DNA from: Amphiscolops sp. MND2022
Taxonomy: Eukaryota
Length of the DNA: 64,000 bases
Direction of reading: 5' to 3'
NCBI GenBank assembly: GCA_964187785.1
Contig: OZ076409.1
Span: forward strand, 56,546,001-56,610,000
Part shown: in pieces, positions 25,159 through 37,592 of the stretch
Layout of the letters: the number at the start of each line of letters is the position of its first letter
Position numbering within the stretch: the stretch's first letter is position 1
Notes under the pieces: model-generated
Told to the model about the DNA's origin: nothing
What the model saw: the letters and a program-made list of their open reading frames with translations, nothing else
The model's database searches: none
Position numbers and translations under genes: made by a program

Positions 25159-26256
25159 AAATAACGTAATAAGTTTGCAAATCCAAACACATGTCAGTAG
25201 GCTCTAAGACCGGTTACAAAGAATCTTGATTCTTGGTACTTGAGTCCTGAAGAAAACAAATCAGAAAAACACATGAGAAAAATAGAAAAAATCTGTCGAA
25301 AACGCAGAATTTCGTGGAATACCGATGAATCCTTTCCGAATAACGCAAATAATAAAATCAAATTCATTTAAAATTTGCTTGTATTTTGTACCCAAAATGG
25401 AATTTCACCGGCCAAATTACCCCACAACCCGCCATCATAAAAATTGGAAAAAGCAATTCACAGCGAAATCAATTTACATTCAAAGGGAACAAAAAAGCGT
25501 TCAATGTTACCAGCAATTAATGAAACTACTCCACCAAACCCCAAATATTACCAGAACAGCAAGCACTACATCAAATTCTCTACCAACCAAAAGGTCCTCT
25601 CATGCCCAATTGCATCCGTCAAAACTAAGTCGATATGGTATCTCAGAACTCAACAACCACTCTTGGAATGTTCCAGTGAAACAGAGAAAGTACCGGGCAT
25701 AACCAGGGACGAGCATACTCCAGACAAAAATTTAACGTGATGAGAGAAGCTTTCCTGCTCGAGCTGCGGAAGCTTAGAGTTGATTGATTCTAGCTCGGTT
25801 TTATAGCAGCCAATTTTTTCAGGGAATCAGAGTTTCAAATGATCCGTGAAAACAATAGTTATCAGACATTAGTTAGGTCTGACCCAGAGGTTTCTTAGTT
25901 TGGGTCATTTTTCGATCAGAGTTCTCGTACCAAGATCTTGTCACTTCATCCGTCAGAGCTGGGGCCAGATCTGGCCTTAGAATAGGAAGTCTCTGGCATA
26001 GCATCCCGGGAGAATTGAAAGGATTCAAAATTTATGATGGCTAATATCTTATTGAACAAAGATTGACAGACACACCGAGGTTACATGATGGATCTGACTC
26101 CTACGTACTTTTTTGTAGTACGGTCTTTAGTAACACAAAAGCCTCTCTAAAAGTGATTCTTTTTGAGCCCTAAGCGGAGTCTTAGGACGTTCGTAGCTTG
26201 TTACTCTAATACCGGGCACGGACATATATACATGCCCTATACAAAACATAGCCATT

Positions 26257-26310
26257 GAAAAATTAATTGAGGGTGAAAAATTAATTGAGGGTGAAAAATT
26301 AATTGAGGGT
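26257..26310. repeat. 18-bp perfect tandem repeat (GAAAAATTAATTGAGGGT) x3
   Basis: Read directly. Confidence 0.95.
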
Positions 26311-27576
26311 TATTGAAGCTTCATTGATCAAATTCAAAAACGTGGTAAACGTTACACAAGAGACTCTTATCGAACGAGTTGTATTTAGTGGTTAACGCTT
26401 CGTAATTAAGTTTTCAATGACTCAGTCATGCTTGGATGAAGAAAAACAAAACTTTTGATATGTCTAGAAACAAAACTTCACAATATATCTGATTAAAAGG
26501 AAATGGACGTTGGTGAAAACCATGTATCAATAATAATTCATGGAAGAAAATTGGTGATCACAAAATCTTTGATTTCCCTATTTAAACTACACTTCACCCC
26601 CTTCATTTTTTCATCCCCCTGCTGCAACTTGGGGGCATACGAATTAACGTTCAAATACCTTTATATCGATATCTTTTGCGTTAAAATTTTAGTCCAATGA
26701 AACAATGTCGACATAATCAACATCTCCTACATTGATTGGCAGCTAAAAATTGCTCATTATATTCAATGGCAGAAAACGAGCTAAATACGTGTGAAACTTA
26801 GCCATTTTTAAAGATGGAAAATCAAAATGCCAATGGCGCTTATGACGTGAAGTGCCAAAACAGCTCTACAGACAATTTATCAAGTGTTTGTAACAATTCA
26901 AAAGTGTTTCCTTTATTCAAGAGTGAATTTTCAAGTATAAATGCGTTTCGTCTGGGGGTATAAGAAGTAAGAAGAGATTTTTTTTTTTGGGGGGGGGGGG
27001 GGGTTAAGAGAAACATGGTCCGTTATTTCGAAGTAATGATTGTCGATATTTTTCTGCAATTTTCAAGATCTTGGATTAAAAGTCGGCATCTGCTTTCATG
27101 TTAAATGCTCAAAATTTGAATTTTGCAGCTCCGCAGAAAAATTCATTGAATAAATGCAAGTCGGAGCTTCGCTGAAATGCTGGTTTGTTTGTTTTCCCCA
27201 ATAAAATAAAAATGGAAAAAAGGAGAAAGGCAAAATAATGTACGTTGTTTAATGTTCCCGCGGCTCCTAATTTAACCTAGCAATGAGCAAGTTGGCGACT
27301 TTGTCATGATTTTTGTACAGCCATGTAAGGTTATTAGCACATGACAAGCTCATTTCGAATCTCAGTTCAAAGCAACATTTTTCCGATTTGGTGACTAATT
27401 GTCAGCTTCCAAAGTGAACGGTTTCTATTTTTCAGTGGCGGTCTATCTTTTCCAATGAAACGCATCACAAACAAAGCGTGAAATTTTTATTGTTCAATAT
27501 GAACGACTATCTTGAGTAAAAGAACAAGATCACACACAAAGAGAACGTATCTAGGAAACATAAAATTGGTACTTAC

Positions 27577-27615
27577 GTGCGACATTTTTTTCTTGTTGAT
27601 GAAATGATTCCGACG
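27577..27615 (-). CDS. Probable second coding exon (39 nt, phase 1-1): (A)SESFHQQEKNVA
   Basis: Branch-like CTAAT, acceptor TTTAG and strong donor GTAAGT; in frame with exon 28093-28255. Confidence 0.55.
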
Positions 27616-28092
27616 CTAAATTTGCAATAAATTAGAGAGAAATGAAGTAAAAGAAGTTTTATGAAAGCATACTATTTGTCACAAGCACGTCTAAATTATT
27701 CAAAGTTGAACCTACCTGTGCTGAGGTCAATTCAAATTCATATATTCAAGGTCGTATCAATTTTTATTATGTAATTGTATGCCTATGCATCGAATCTTGG
27801 CCCAAGTAGTTAAAACGAAGCTTCAGACATATTTGTGACTGCCAAATCGATTTTGAAAAGAAAAGAACGTCCTTATCTCAAAGCTGTTGACACAAAAAAA
27901 ATATATACCCTGTTACAAAAGTACAGAAATAAAACAAATCATTTAGCATATATTTATAATTGTTTTTTTTTTTAAAAAAGTATGTATATTTCTCACTAAC
28001 CGTGACAATGATTATCAAGAGGCCTTCAAAACAATTCTGCATCTTCATATTAATCTGTTTCATACAAAAGAAGGAAATGAAATTACTCTTAC

Positions 28093-28255
28093 CTGTATGT
28101 AGCAGAAGAATCACTAAAGTGACATAGGATAAAGGTAGTCTGACATTAAGAAACTGGCATAAACTACTTTCGAAGAAGATTATTGCAGAGTTTGACGCGG
28201 TCGAAGGACCATTAGAAGGGCAAGTTGCGACTTTTCTCTGCCGCGTTTTTGCCAT
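28093..28255 (-). CDS. Probable first coding exon of an unknown secreted or membrane host protein
   Basis: AAAATGG start context; 54 codons ending in hydrophobic PLSYVTLVILLLHT; donor CAG|GTAAG in phase 1, typical of signal-peptide exons. Confidence 0.6.
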
Positions 28256-31200
28256 TTTCCAATTGTTGAAGATCCGGCGTGACGCAACTTTGATGAGTGA
28301 GTGGAGAGATTTGTTCAGGTAGCTTCCAGTTTCAAGAGAGCTTCCAAAAAAGGAAGTGAAGAAGTTTTAGTCAAGCGAGTCAGCAACTGTTCAAGAAGAA
28401 ATGTAGAAGGAGCCACTTCTCGTCTGAAGCAGTAAGAGCAAGTGTGCAGATTGTAAAGTTTTACTGGTGTAAAATGCGAATTGTAAAAAGTGTTACAAGA
28501 TTATAAAAGTAGCAATCATATAAGCTTTGGTTGGTATATAAGTGGTATAGGCAATGAATATGTTGCAAGCGAATGTTGCAAGGAAAACGGGGGGTAATGA
28601 TGCAATTGCTTGTGATGTTTGAAAAGAAAAGAAAAGAAAAGAAAAGAGGAGGAGGCGGTGGTTTTCGTTTTTGTTTCTCGACGTTTCTTTTTCTTTTCAG
28701 CGAGACACACACCGAGACTGTGAGCTTCTACTGCAGTTAATGCATCCAATGCACCGCCACCGGTGTATCTTGAGCACAAAATGCGCGGGATACAAACGCG
28801 TGATCAAAAATAGATGATGCTGGTAGCTTCCAAAAAGAGTTGATATTTCTGCGTGGCAGTATTTCCAATTTTCCCAAGATGTTTCTTTCTATTCAATTAT
28901 TTAAAGTGTGCACTGAAATTTATTGTACTGCGCAGAAAAGACACGAAAAAAACTGTAAGGTAAAAAAGATTGGCCGTCTATTGTCTTAGAACATGTCCAT
29001 CAAAGATAACTCGTATTTAAACGCCGCGTTTTGACGCTGTAAACATTACATGAACCAAGAAAATTGACAAATGCAAGCTACACGCCGAGGAGGCAAGTGG
29101 TAAGGGGATACGTTAGATAAGAAAGCATGAAGACAAAAAAAGAATCTTCTAGAAAAGTTGGACTGTAAAATTGAGCGGAAATGACTGCTGTTTGTTTGAT
29201 ACGAAGTACGTGTTTTCTTTTTAAAAACCTGGGGGTGATAGTAACAGTGAGCAAGATTAGCGGTAATGAAAATGTGAGACCTTCAAAAATTAAAGAAGAC
29301 AATTAAAGAACGCGAGAAACTGAGGCCAAGAAAGGAAAAGTACAGAGGTAACAGCGAAGCATTAAATAAGCGTTTAAAAGTGAATGGAGCGTGTATCGGC
29401 TGCCGATTGAAAGCTACGCTGCTATTGTGGTAAATGAAAAAGAACGCTTTGAAAAAGATTCCTCAGTAAATTGTTCCTTTTTTTCTAACGTCAACATGTC
29501 AAGAAACAAAAGACTGTTTCGTTTAATAGTAAAAACGCGAGTACGTTAATTTTGAAAACAACCGTTTTGACAATCTTTTCAGAGCAAAAGGCAAGCTTTA
29601 CCAAAGCTGATTATATTTCTCACAAATCACAATTGTCACTGTAACAACGCTTACCGAAACTGATGATTTTTGCTGCTATAACAAGCAGTTATACCAACAT
29701 GGGCTGCAAAGAACTACGGTACTTCAATTTTGGGGATGCAAAGTCCTAATCCATGCACTGATTGGCAGTAATGTTTTAGTAAACAGTGCAACCTTATATG
29801 TCAAATTAGGAAATTTAGTAATTAATGGGTCTGTCGTTTATATATTGGAGTCTGCAAGCGTGAAAAAATGGACGCTCAATCTGAATTTGGGCTAGGGCGA
29901 GTGGTTGGGTAGAATAGAATTTGGATTGGCGCGTGGTTGGCGAGTGGGATGATAAACGATAAATACAACAACAGGCTAGTGGAGCAGGCAAAATGTTATG
30001 GTATAGACCTTACACAGACAGCGTTGCAAAAGGACTTAGCAGTAATTGAGCGAGGTGAATTGAAAGTACGCAAACCGATTAAGCGGCCCTAGTGCTCTTC
30101 ATTTATTCACAGCATTCCCCGCTGGTTCTCTGCATCCCTATTTGAAAGGGGGGAGAGAGAGAGAAGGGAGAAAGAGAGAAGGATTGTGGAGGGAAAAGAA
30201 AGAAAGAGAAACGAGGAAAAAAGTAGGAATGGATAGCTTGTGCCGTCGCTGCAGATTTGAGGATGATGATCATTGCGCAAAAAAGAGCGAGCGAGAGCGG
30301 CGAGGGTCGCGGCGGTAAGAGATGGTAAGAGAGGAGAGCTACTGGGAATGGTGGCGGTAGCAGGGATAGAAAAGTAGGAATAGGTGGTCGATGGATGGAT
30401 GAATGGATGGCCAAGCAATAGGGATAGGGAATAGAAAAAGATAGAGACGAAAAGAGCGATACACGGCTAAGACTACACGGCTCAGCAGACCGCGGTGGCT
30501 TAGTGGCGTGACGTGGTAGCTACCTGAACTGGGCTGGCGGCGGGTACTTTTGACCAGTGCAGTAAGAGTGCACGACATATAGACTACCTACTAGTCACTA
30601 ATAGAAAATTAAGCGACAAGTGACACAAAAGAAAGCGCTAAATGCCCGCCGCTATTTCCGCCAATACTTAAACTCTATCTGGGCCAATTTTGCGCCACCA
30701 CTGCCCAAGCTCCTACTTTCCTCTTGCAACTGTAATTGCGTCACTGTGCTCTGTAAAAATTATAGCAGTGCACATTCGACCGATTTCTCAGCATTCCACA
30801 TGCACTATACTTTTATTCACGCTCTTTACATGGTTGTTCACCCGGCTGCGGGCTAAATATGTGAAACAGCGCTCATAATTTATGCAACGAACCACGGGTC
30901 ATGGTTGGAGGTAAATTAATGCTCAAAAAATTAGGGTCCGAAAAATGGAAAACCCAAGAAGTGGGGAAAAAATTAATCGCAGAAAGACTGAATAAAGCAA
31001 CTGTGGAAGGGGTGTTGTTCAGCGTGACAGGAACATAGGACAGGTACGGTAAGCACCATAACAGGAATAACTGATAGTTCTAATCTGGTAGAAAAAAGTT
31101 AGTTACAATTTGCAAGGGAGATGTTACACAGAATATGTAGAATAATATAAGTAATAAGGGATAGGTCAAGGTGGCAAGGGGTATTTGTACTTACAATGAC

Positions 31201-32699
31201 TGCATCATAATGGAATTTTCTCTACATCGTATGTCAAAATATCACATCACCGTCATATCAACATGGCCATGAAGCGATGACCTGTCTCGCTCTTTAGCGA
31301 GGTAATGATCGAAAAAGAGCGATGCGGCACAGCAGTCGATATTAACTACAATCGAAGGCGGCAATGACAACTTTTTAAGAGGAAACATTTTCGTTAGTTT
31401 CTAAAAAAACTCAATCAGGAAAATTTGCGTTTACGTCATTACGCAAATGTAAAGTGCATTACTGATTAGCACATTTTCACAAAATTGAAAATTCTTTCGC
31501 AGAAATGTAGAAATGTTAATTTTACAAGGAAGTATCAATATTTATTTTTTTTCAAAATTTATTCAGAACTTTTTTAGAATTCATTTACAAAATTATTTAG
31601 AACTATAAACTGGAAGTAAAGTTGTCCAAAACGTAATGCTTTTCAGAAAAGCCAACGCTGAAACTTTCATTGGAAAAGACTATTTTAGTGAATTCTTGGA
31701 AAATGGAAGAGACAGGCAGATTATGCATATTATAGCATGATTAGAGATAGACAGGCAACGCAATCAAAACTTCATTTATTTCTCCTTGACTTTTTGCCTC
31801 ATGAACAACAAATAACCCTTGTACCGTCGGAGGACAGTACGCGTCTGAGACGAGGAGAAAATAGTAGCTTACCAAGTTAATTAACTATTATAGTTATGCA
31901 GGCTAAACTGACTTAGTGGGCGTACAAAATAGTACAAACGGGCTCTTTTTCGATTTGAATACCCTAGCTGGAAGTAAAATAATACTTGGGGCTTTACAAA
32001 TAGTTCTCCCGACTCCCCGCGAAGAGTTCCTTTACGTCATTAGGATGCTGATACTAACTATAGACACAAGTCTACTAAGTTTGATTGCCAAGTGTATCTA
32101 GAAACAGGTATTTCTATATTATTCCAATAATAACCCCCAAGACCCCTTATAGTCAACCATCACCTAGCTCTAACCACGCTGCAGAAAAATTCAAGAAGAT
32201 GTAATTTGAAACAGTACGTATTATTTATGTCTATAGCTATGTTCCGCATCAAAAATCCGGAAAAAAGCATCTAAAATTGAAAGAATTTGCATAATACCGG
32301 CAAATAAAATTGCAGTAACTTTGAACTTCATCAGAGACTCAATTATAAAAGCTATGAAAAGAAAACTTAGCATACACTTAAATAGGAGTTTTGGGAAAAG
32401 CATTGTTCTTTTGATCAACCATCAGGATATCTCAGATTCAGCCTGGCGAAGTTTTTTCGGATGGTTCTCCAACAGGTTGACCCTGTTACTAGCATCTTGG
32501 CTGTCTTGGCAAGATCTTACCAAATTCTTACTACATCTTAGCAACCGTGGATCACATGGCAATATTCTTACTGCGATCTTACCAAGATGCAGCATTATCC
32601 CAAGATCGAATATTACCAAGATTGAAAAAAAACTAAGATTTGAAAATTTCGATCAAGAGTGCTGAAAATAGCTATATTCGTATAATAATTTGTACATTC

Positions 32700-34170
32700 T
32701 TTTGCCGGGTCTTTACGCAATATTTCAGCCTGGACCTTTGTTTCCTGTAAAGATTCAATTTCTCTGGAATAAGATCGAAGAAATCATTGTCGTTCTGAGG
32801 AACTTTAGACCTATTCCAGTTGTTTTAGATGTTACAACGATAAATTGAGAACCGACCTACAAGGGTTTTGGAAATTTTTAGGGGTTTTCGGGGTGAAAAT
32901 GGAAAAAATATTGAATTTTTGGGGGACTTTTGTATCTTGTTCCACAGATCTGAGTAGGTATTACTGTGATCAGCTGTTTTAGATCCTAATCCACTGAAAT
33001 GTGTACCGACGTACACGGTTTTTGGTCCATTCATGGGTTTTCTATATGAAATTGGAGAAACTGTCGTTTTGGGGAATTTTAGATCTCAGCAATATACATG
33101 GAACAAGATCTAAAATTCCCCAAATTGACATTGGATGGATTCGGTTCTAAATTCAGTGGCTTTAGATTTTTTTTCTGTGATTTTAGTTCTTTTTCCAGTG
33201 GCTCTAGACCTAATACTAAGGAAATGAAAACCAATTTACAAGGTTTTTTCAGGGGTTTTTATTGTGAAATTTGAGAAACTTTCGTTGTTCTGATCAATTT
33301 TAGATCTTCCAGAGGTTTTAGTCCTTATTCCAATGGCTTTAAATCTTCTTCCACATAAATCAAAAGCAATGTACACTGTTTTTTGTCCATTCAGGGGTTT
33401 TCTGTATGAAACTGGAGAAATCATCGTCGTTCTGGAAGTTCTTTTAGACCTTGTTCCAGAGATTTTAGTCCTCGTTTTTTCAGTGACTTGGGACATTTTT
33501 CCGTGCTTTTAGATCTTATTCCAGTGATTTTCAGATATTTTGTGACTTTTAGATGTCATTGCGGCGGTGTTAGGTCCTATTATGGTGTTATTCAAAATAT
33601 ATTTGATTTTTTAAGATGTTTTTTCAATGGTTGTAAATATTATTTTGTCGTTTATAGTTTTGAGTGAGTTTTTTATTTTCCAAAGACAGAATTATATTAG
33701 ATTTAGGTAACATTCCAATTTCTTTAGATCTTATTTCACTGAAATGTGTACCGACGTACACGGTTTTTGGTCCATTCAGGGGTTTTTTGGTTGAAATTGG
33801 AGATATCGTCGTCGTTTTGAGGAATTTTAGACCTTTTTCCAGTGCTTTTAGTCCGTATTATAGTGGCTTTAGATTTCATTGCATTGAAAAAGAACCAACG
33901 TAAAAGTTTTTCAGGGGATTTCAGTATGAAGTTGAGAAAACATCGTCGTTTTGGGGAACTTTAGATCTTATTCCGTGTATATTCCTGTGGCTTCGGTTCT
34001 CAATTCAGTGGATTTAGATCTTATTCCCGTGATTTTTAGATAAACTCAGGGAATTTTAGATGTTAGATTTCAATTTCATGATGTTAAAAAAATTTCAGTT
34101 GTTTTCGATGTTTTTCTGATGGTTGAAAAGAGTCTTGTAATTTATAGTTTTGAGTGAGCTTTGGATTTTC
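32700..34170. repeat. Degenerate TE-associated tandem array rich in TTTAGATCTT, higher-order period ~370 bp
   Basis: GTACACGGTTTTTGGTCCATTCA-like block at ~33011, ~33371 and ~33756; flanked by CAAGATCTT-rich CMC-like remnants (32400-32660, 34230-34420). Confidence 0.65.
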
Positions 34171-37100
34171 AATAGCTTTTAATTAAAAGTTTTTCTGATG
34201 CTGCTTTTTTTCTCGATATGAGGCAGTTCGTAGCATCTTGGGCTTCTTAGTAAGATTTGTCTTGCCATCTTGGACTTCTTATCAAGAATTATCTTAGATA
34301 CATGCCTGTCTTTGTAATATCTTACCATAGCAAAATGAATACCCCGGCAAGATCTTGACAAGATCTTAACCAAGATTGTTCCAAAGATCCTAAAAAAGAA
34401 ATAGGAAGTTTGATCAATCAGCCATTCTCGATAATAGTCGACCAATCAACCATTCGATATATATCGTATATATATAAATTTTTATTCATTTTGTTCACAC
34501 TGAAAAGTGTCCCCGAATAAGGTTTTTTGAAACAGTATACAAAAATTATCCAATGCCACTGCACTTCTTGTTTGAAGTGTTCTAACTAGTTAGGCGTTCT
34601 TATCTTGTTGAAAAATCTTGTTAAATAATCAATGAAAAATGATTTTGCAACCCTAATTGAGACAACTGGAACTTCTTACATGCTGCAGGCCTGCTTGCAT
34701 GGTTATTTTTAATAAAACGCAAATTTCAGTAACGTTCCGGTTGTAAATTTTGTACCCATTGCTCCTTCAAAATGTTTGAAAACTTTGTCCCATTGGATGT
34801 GTTTTTTTGAAAAAAAAGTATTGATTGTTGAATCTGTTGAATTCGCAACATGCCTTAGTCGATCGATTCCCCTGAAAAATGATTCATTTGAAGTCAAAAA
34901 TAATTGAAGTTAGAACAACAGCAAAAAATGCAGCAACTTTGGATCACCATAAAATATAAACATGATTTTAGAATCACAGAGCGCTTCAAATTGAGTTTAA
35001 ACATTTTTCCGTCAATCTTTTGATGTAACTTGAAATTGAGAAAAATTTTGTTCTCATAATAACAACCACATACTTTCATGATTGTCGCACGTTTCATACT
35101 TTGTACAGACATGGTCTTAACCATTATGCAATACTTACTAAAAAGTTGTTGTAAATAATCTGACGAAAGGTGGTTCTTGGGGAAAAGTTATATCCTTGCT
35201 CACTGTCAAATTTGTTGTACTTAAAATGCAGTTTCATAATGATTCAATTTTGAGAGTAAAGAATAATAGAATAGTTCCAACTTTTCGAAAACAATTACTC
35301 CTGCATAGTTTAGACCAAATTCGATGTTGAGCTCGACGAGAACTCATGCTCATAAGTCCTCTCTAGTCCTCAAAAGTTCACAAAATCAGAACTAGTCGGT
35401 TGTGCATTTTGATTTTTGGATTTTCTCGGTCAGGCGGTGAGAAACAAAAGCGACTTATTCAATTTTTACAAGGTTCATACTTTCCAATAAACATTTCGTG
35501 AATGTTTTGAACAATTTGTCCCGTTGAACATAAAAGTCCCATCCCCATTTCTTTCCCTGTTCTTGGGCCAAAAAACAAAGCCAACAGAAACTTTTGGGGC
35601 CTGTTCTTTAAAAGGAGCTATTCGGGGGGTATTTCTGAGAAGAAAGTGCCCGCGGGAATTAAATTTCATATCTCGCCCTAAATATAATGCCCACTGGGCA
35701 GAAGGTAAAAACAGCAAGTATTTAGGCAGCATGAACGTTGAAAGTCAATTGTTCCTTTGATAATGGCTTCTCAGTGCAAAACATTTTGAAGGTCTCAAAT
35801 ATTTCCGTTCACTCTAGAAAACCTCAATAAGATTTAGTTTTTCTTGCTTCTCAAAAAAGGTCTTGAAATTTCTTTTTACCAGAAACCTTCGTAAGAATCC
35901 CATCAAAAGTCTAGTTTTTGAAGTGATGCTCAGAGGAGAGCACCAATTATTGAAAGTCAGTATGTGATAGCTTTGTTGGTAGCGTGAACGGCAGCGCGTA
36001 TCGAGTACACTGCTCAAACCGCAGTTGAAAACGTTATTTCCTTTTTCTTTCCCTTTTTTAGATTTTCTCATGCATCTCATCGCAAAATGTGCAAGTTCTT
36101 GTTTTGGTTTGTAAGAATCGAAAGTAAGAAACCAGTTACTAAGCGTTTCGCGTAATATATTACAAAAATTCGCGAATTCAAAAATTTCTAAAGTTTGACT
36201 CTGAGTTGAGGTGGCTATTGAGACGCAAATGAAGCAGTTTTTTCAGGTGAATTACCTTACTCACTCGAAGCTCAGTGGCACAATTTTGTATTTTTAAACA
36301 AATATTGGACAGAAGTTCACTAGTTCATTTTAATTTGAAATTTCAATATTGAAAGATCAATTGAACGCCGCTACCGAACCAAGTGAATTTAAAAGCTATA
36401 GACAGTTCTGTGAAACTGCAATATTTTTGGCATGTTCGGCTAATGTGCTTTTGGTGAAAAACCAGACACCTTGCAGTCTCAATTGTTTGAAGAAAACTAT
36501 CGGAATATTTTCATCTAAAAACATTCTACAGAAAAATTCTGAAAACCTGTTCAAGCAAATAAGAATCCAGAATTCCAAGTTGACATTTCGAAAAAAAAGT
36601 AGTTCACTTGATCTAGTCCTTGCACAATAGTGTATAAGTATAAATTGACGAGAGCTCGGATACATAGCATTTTTGTTATTATAACATTTTTTCTAATACT
36701 TTTTTTATTATAGATACACGACGCTTATCTCGCCTATCAGCCTAATGTTCTGCGTGCGTCATTGGGGAGCAGAAGTTTGAGAATTCAAACCCTGCACTTG
36801 TGTACTAAGTAATATTATTAGGTTTTTTGACGCTGTACAATTTTGTTTGGAAAAAATGTACATTCTGAAATGAAAATTTCCAAAATAGTTTGGAAATCCT
36901 TGAAAACTTTCGATTCGCATTCATTGCTACTAGTCGTAGTAAGTCGCTTGCCAAGGTTCTCATCAGATCTAAGCTTTCACAGTCTCTGCTTTAATCGCTA
37001 TCAAAGCTCTGCTCATAGTTTCAAAAAAAATCAGTAGGTTGTGCGAACAGCGCTTGTACGTGAAGATATTGGTTATTTGGATTTTTATAAATTTTCTTGA

Positions 37101-37414
37101 GACTCTTGATAAAACCTTCACAGGATCACTTCAAGATTTCTTTCTCTATGTTATAATTTATAATGAAAAAAAGGAAACCTGTACACTATTTATAACTTTT
37201 TTTCCAAAATTGGGAGTCAGTGCCATAGAAAAAAATTTCTTCAATTCCTGGTGGAGTACCCTCGCAGCTTTTCGAACAAACATTGGGTTCTCGTAACATA
37301 TTTCAACAGCTTTCAAAAACTATTTCTTTTAAAACAATGGAAAATCGGCTCTTATAAACGAATCAAACTTAGCGTTGAAGAAAATTCCAGCAAATTTTTG
37401 CTTAGTCAAGTACC

Positions 37415-37592
37415 ATCAAGAACTAGTTGAAAGTTTACAAAAGCTGTAAAAAAAATTCTCGAAGTTTCTCTCGAAAAGTTTTAGTTGGACAGGAAATGAA
37501 ATAATCAAGAACTAGTTGAAAGTTTCCAAAACCTGTAAAAAAAACTCTCGAAGTTTCTCTCGAAAAGTTTTAGTTGGACAGGAAGAGAAATA
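37415..37592. repeat. 89-bp tandem duplication (x2)
   Basis: ATCAAGAACTAGTTGAAAG starts at 37415 and 37504. Confidence 0.95.

Noticed and set aside
26978..27003. Adjacent T and G homopolymer runs (also a C run near 50077-50088)
   Set aside because: Simple repeats with unreliable lengths; no supporting structure
27716..27721. 5-nt micro-exon candidate (CTCAG|CACAG|GTAGG) on the minus strand
   Set aside because: Weak acceptor, and it would shift the frame between the two better-supported exons
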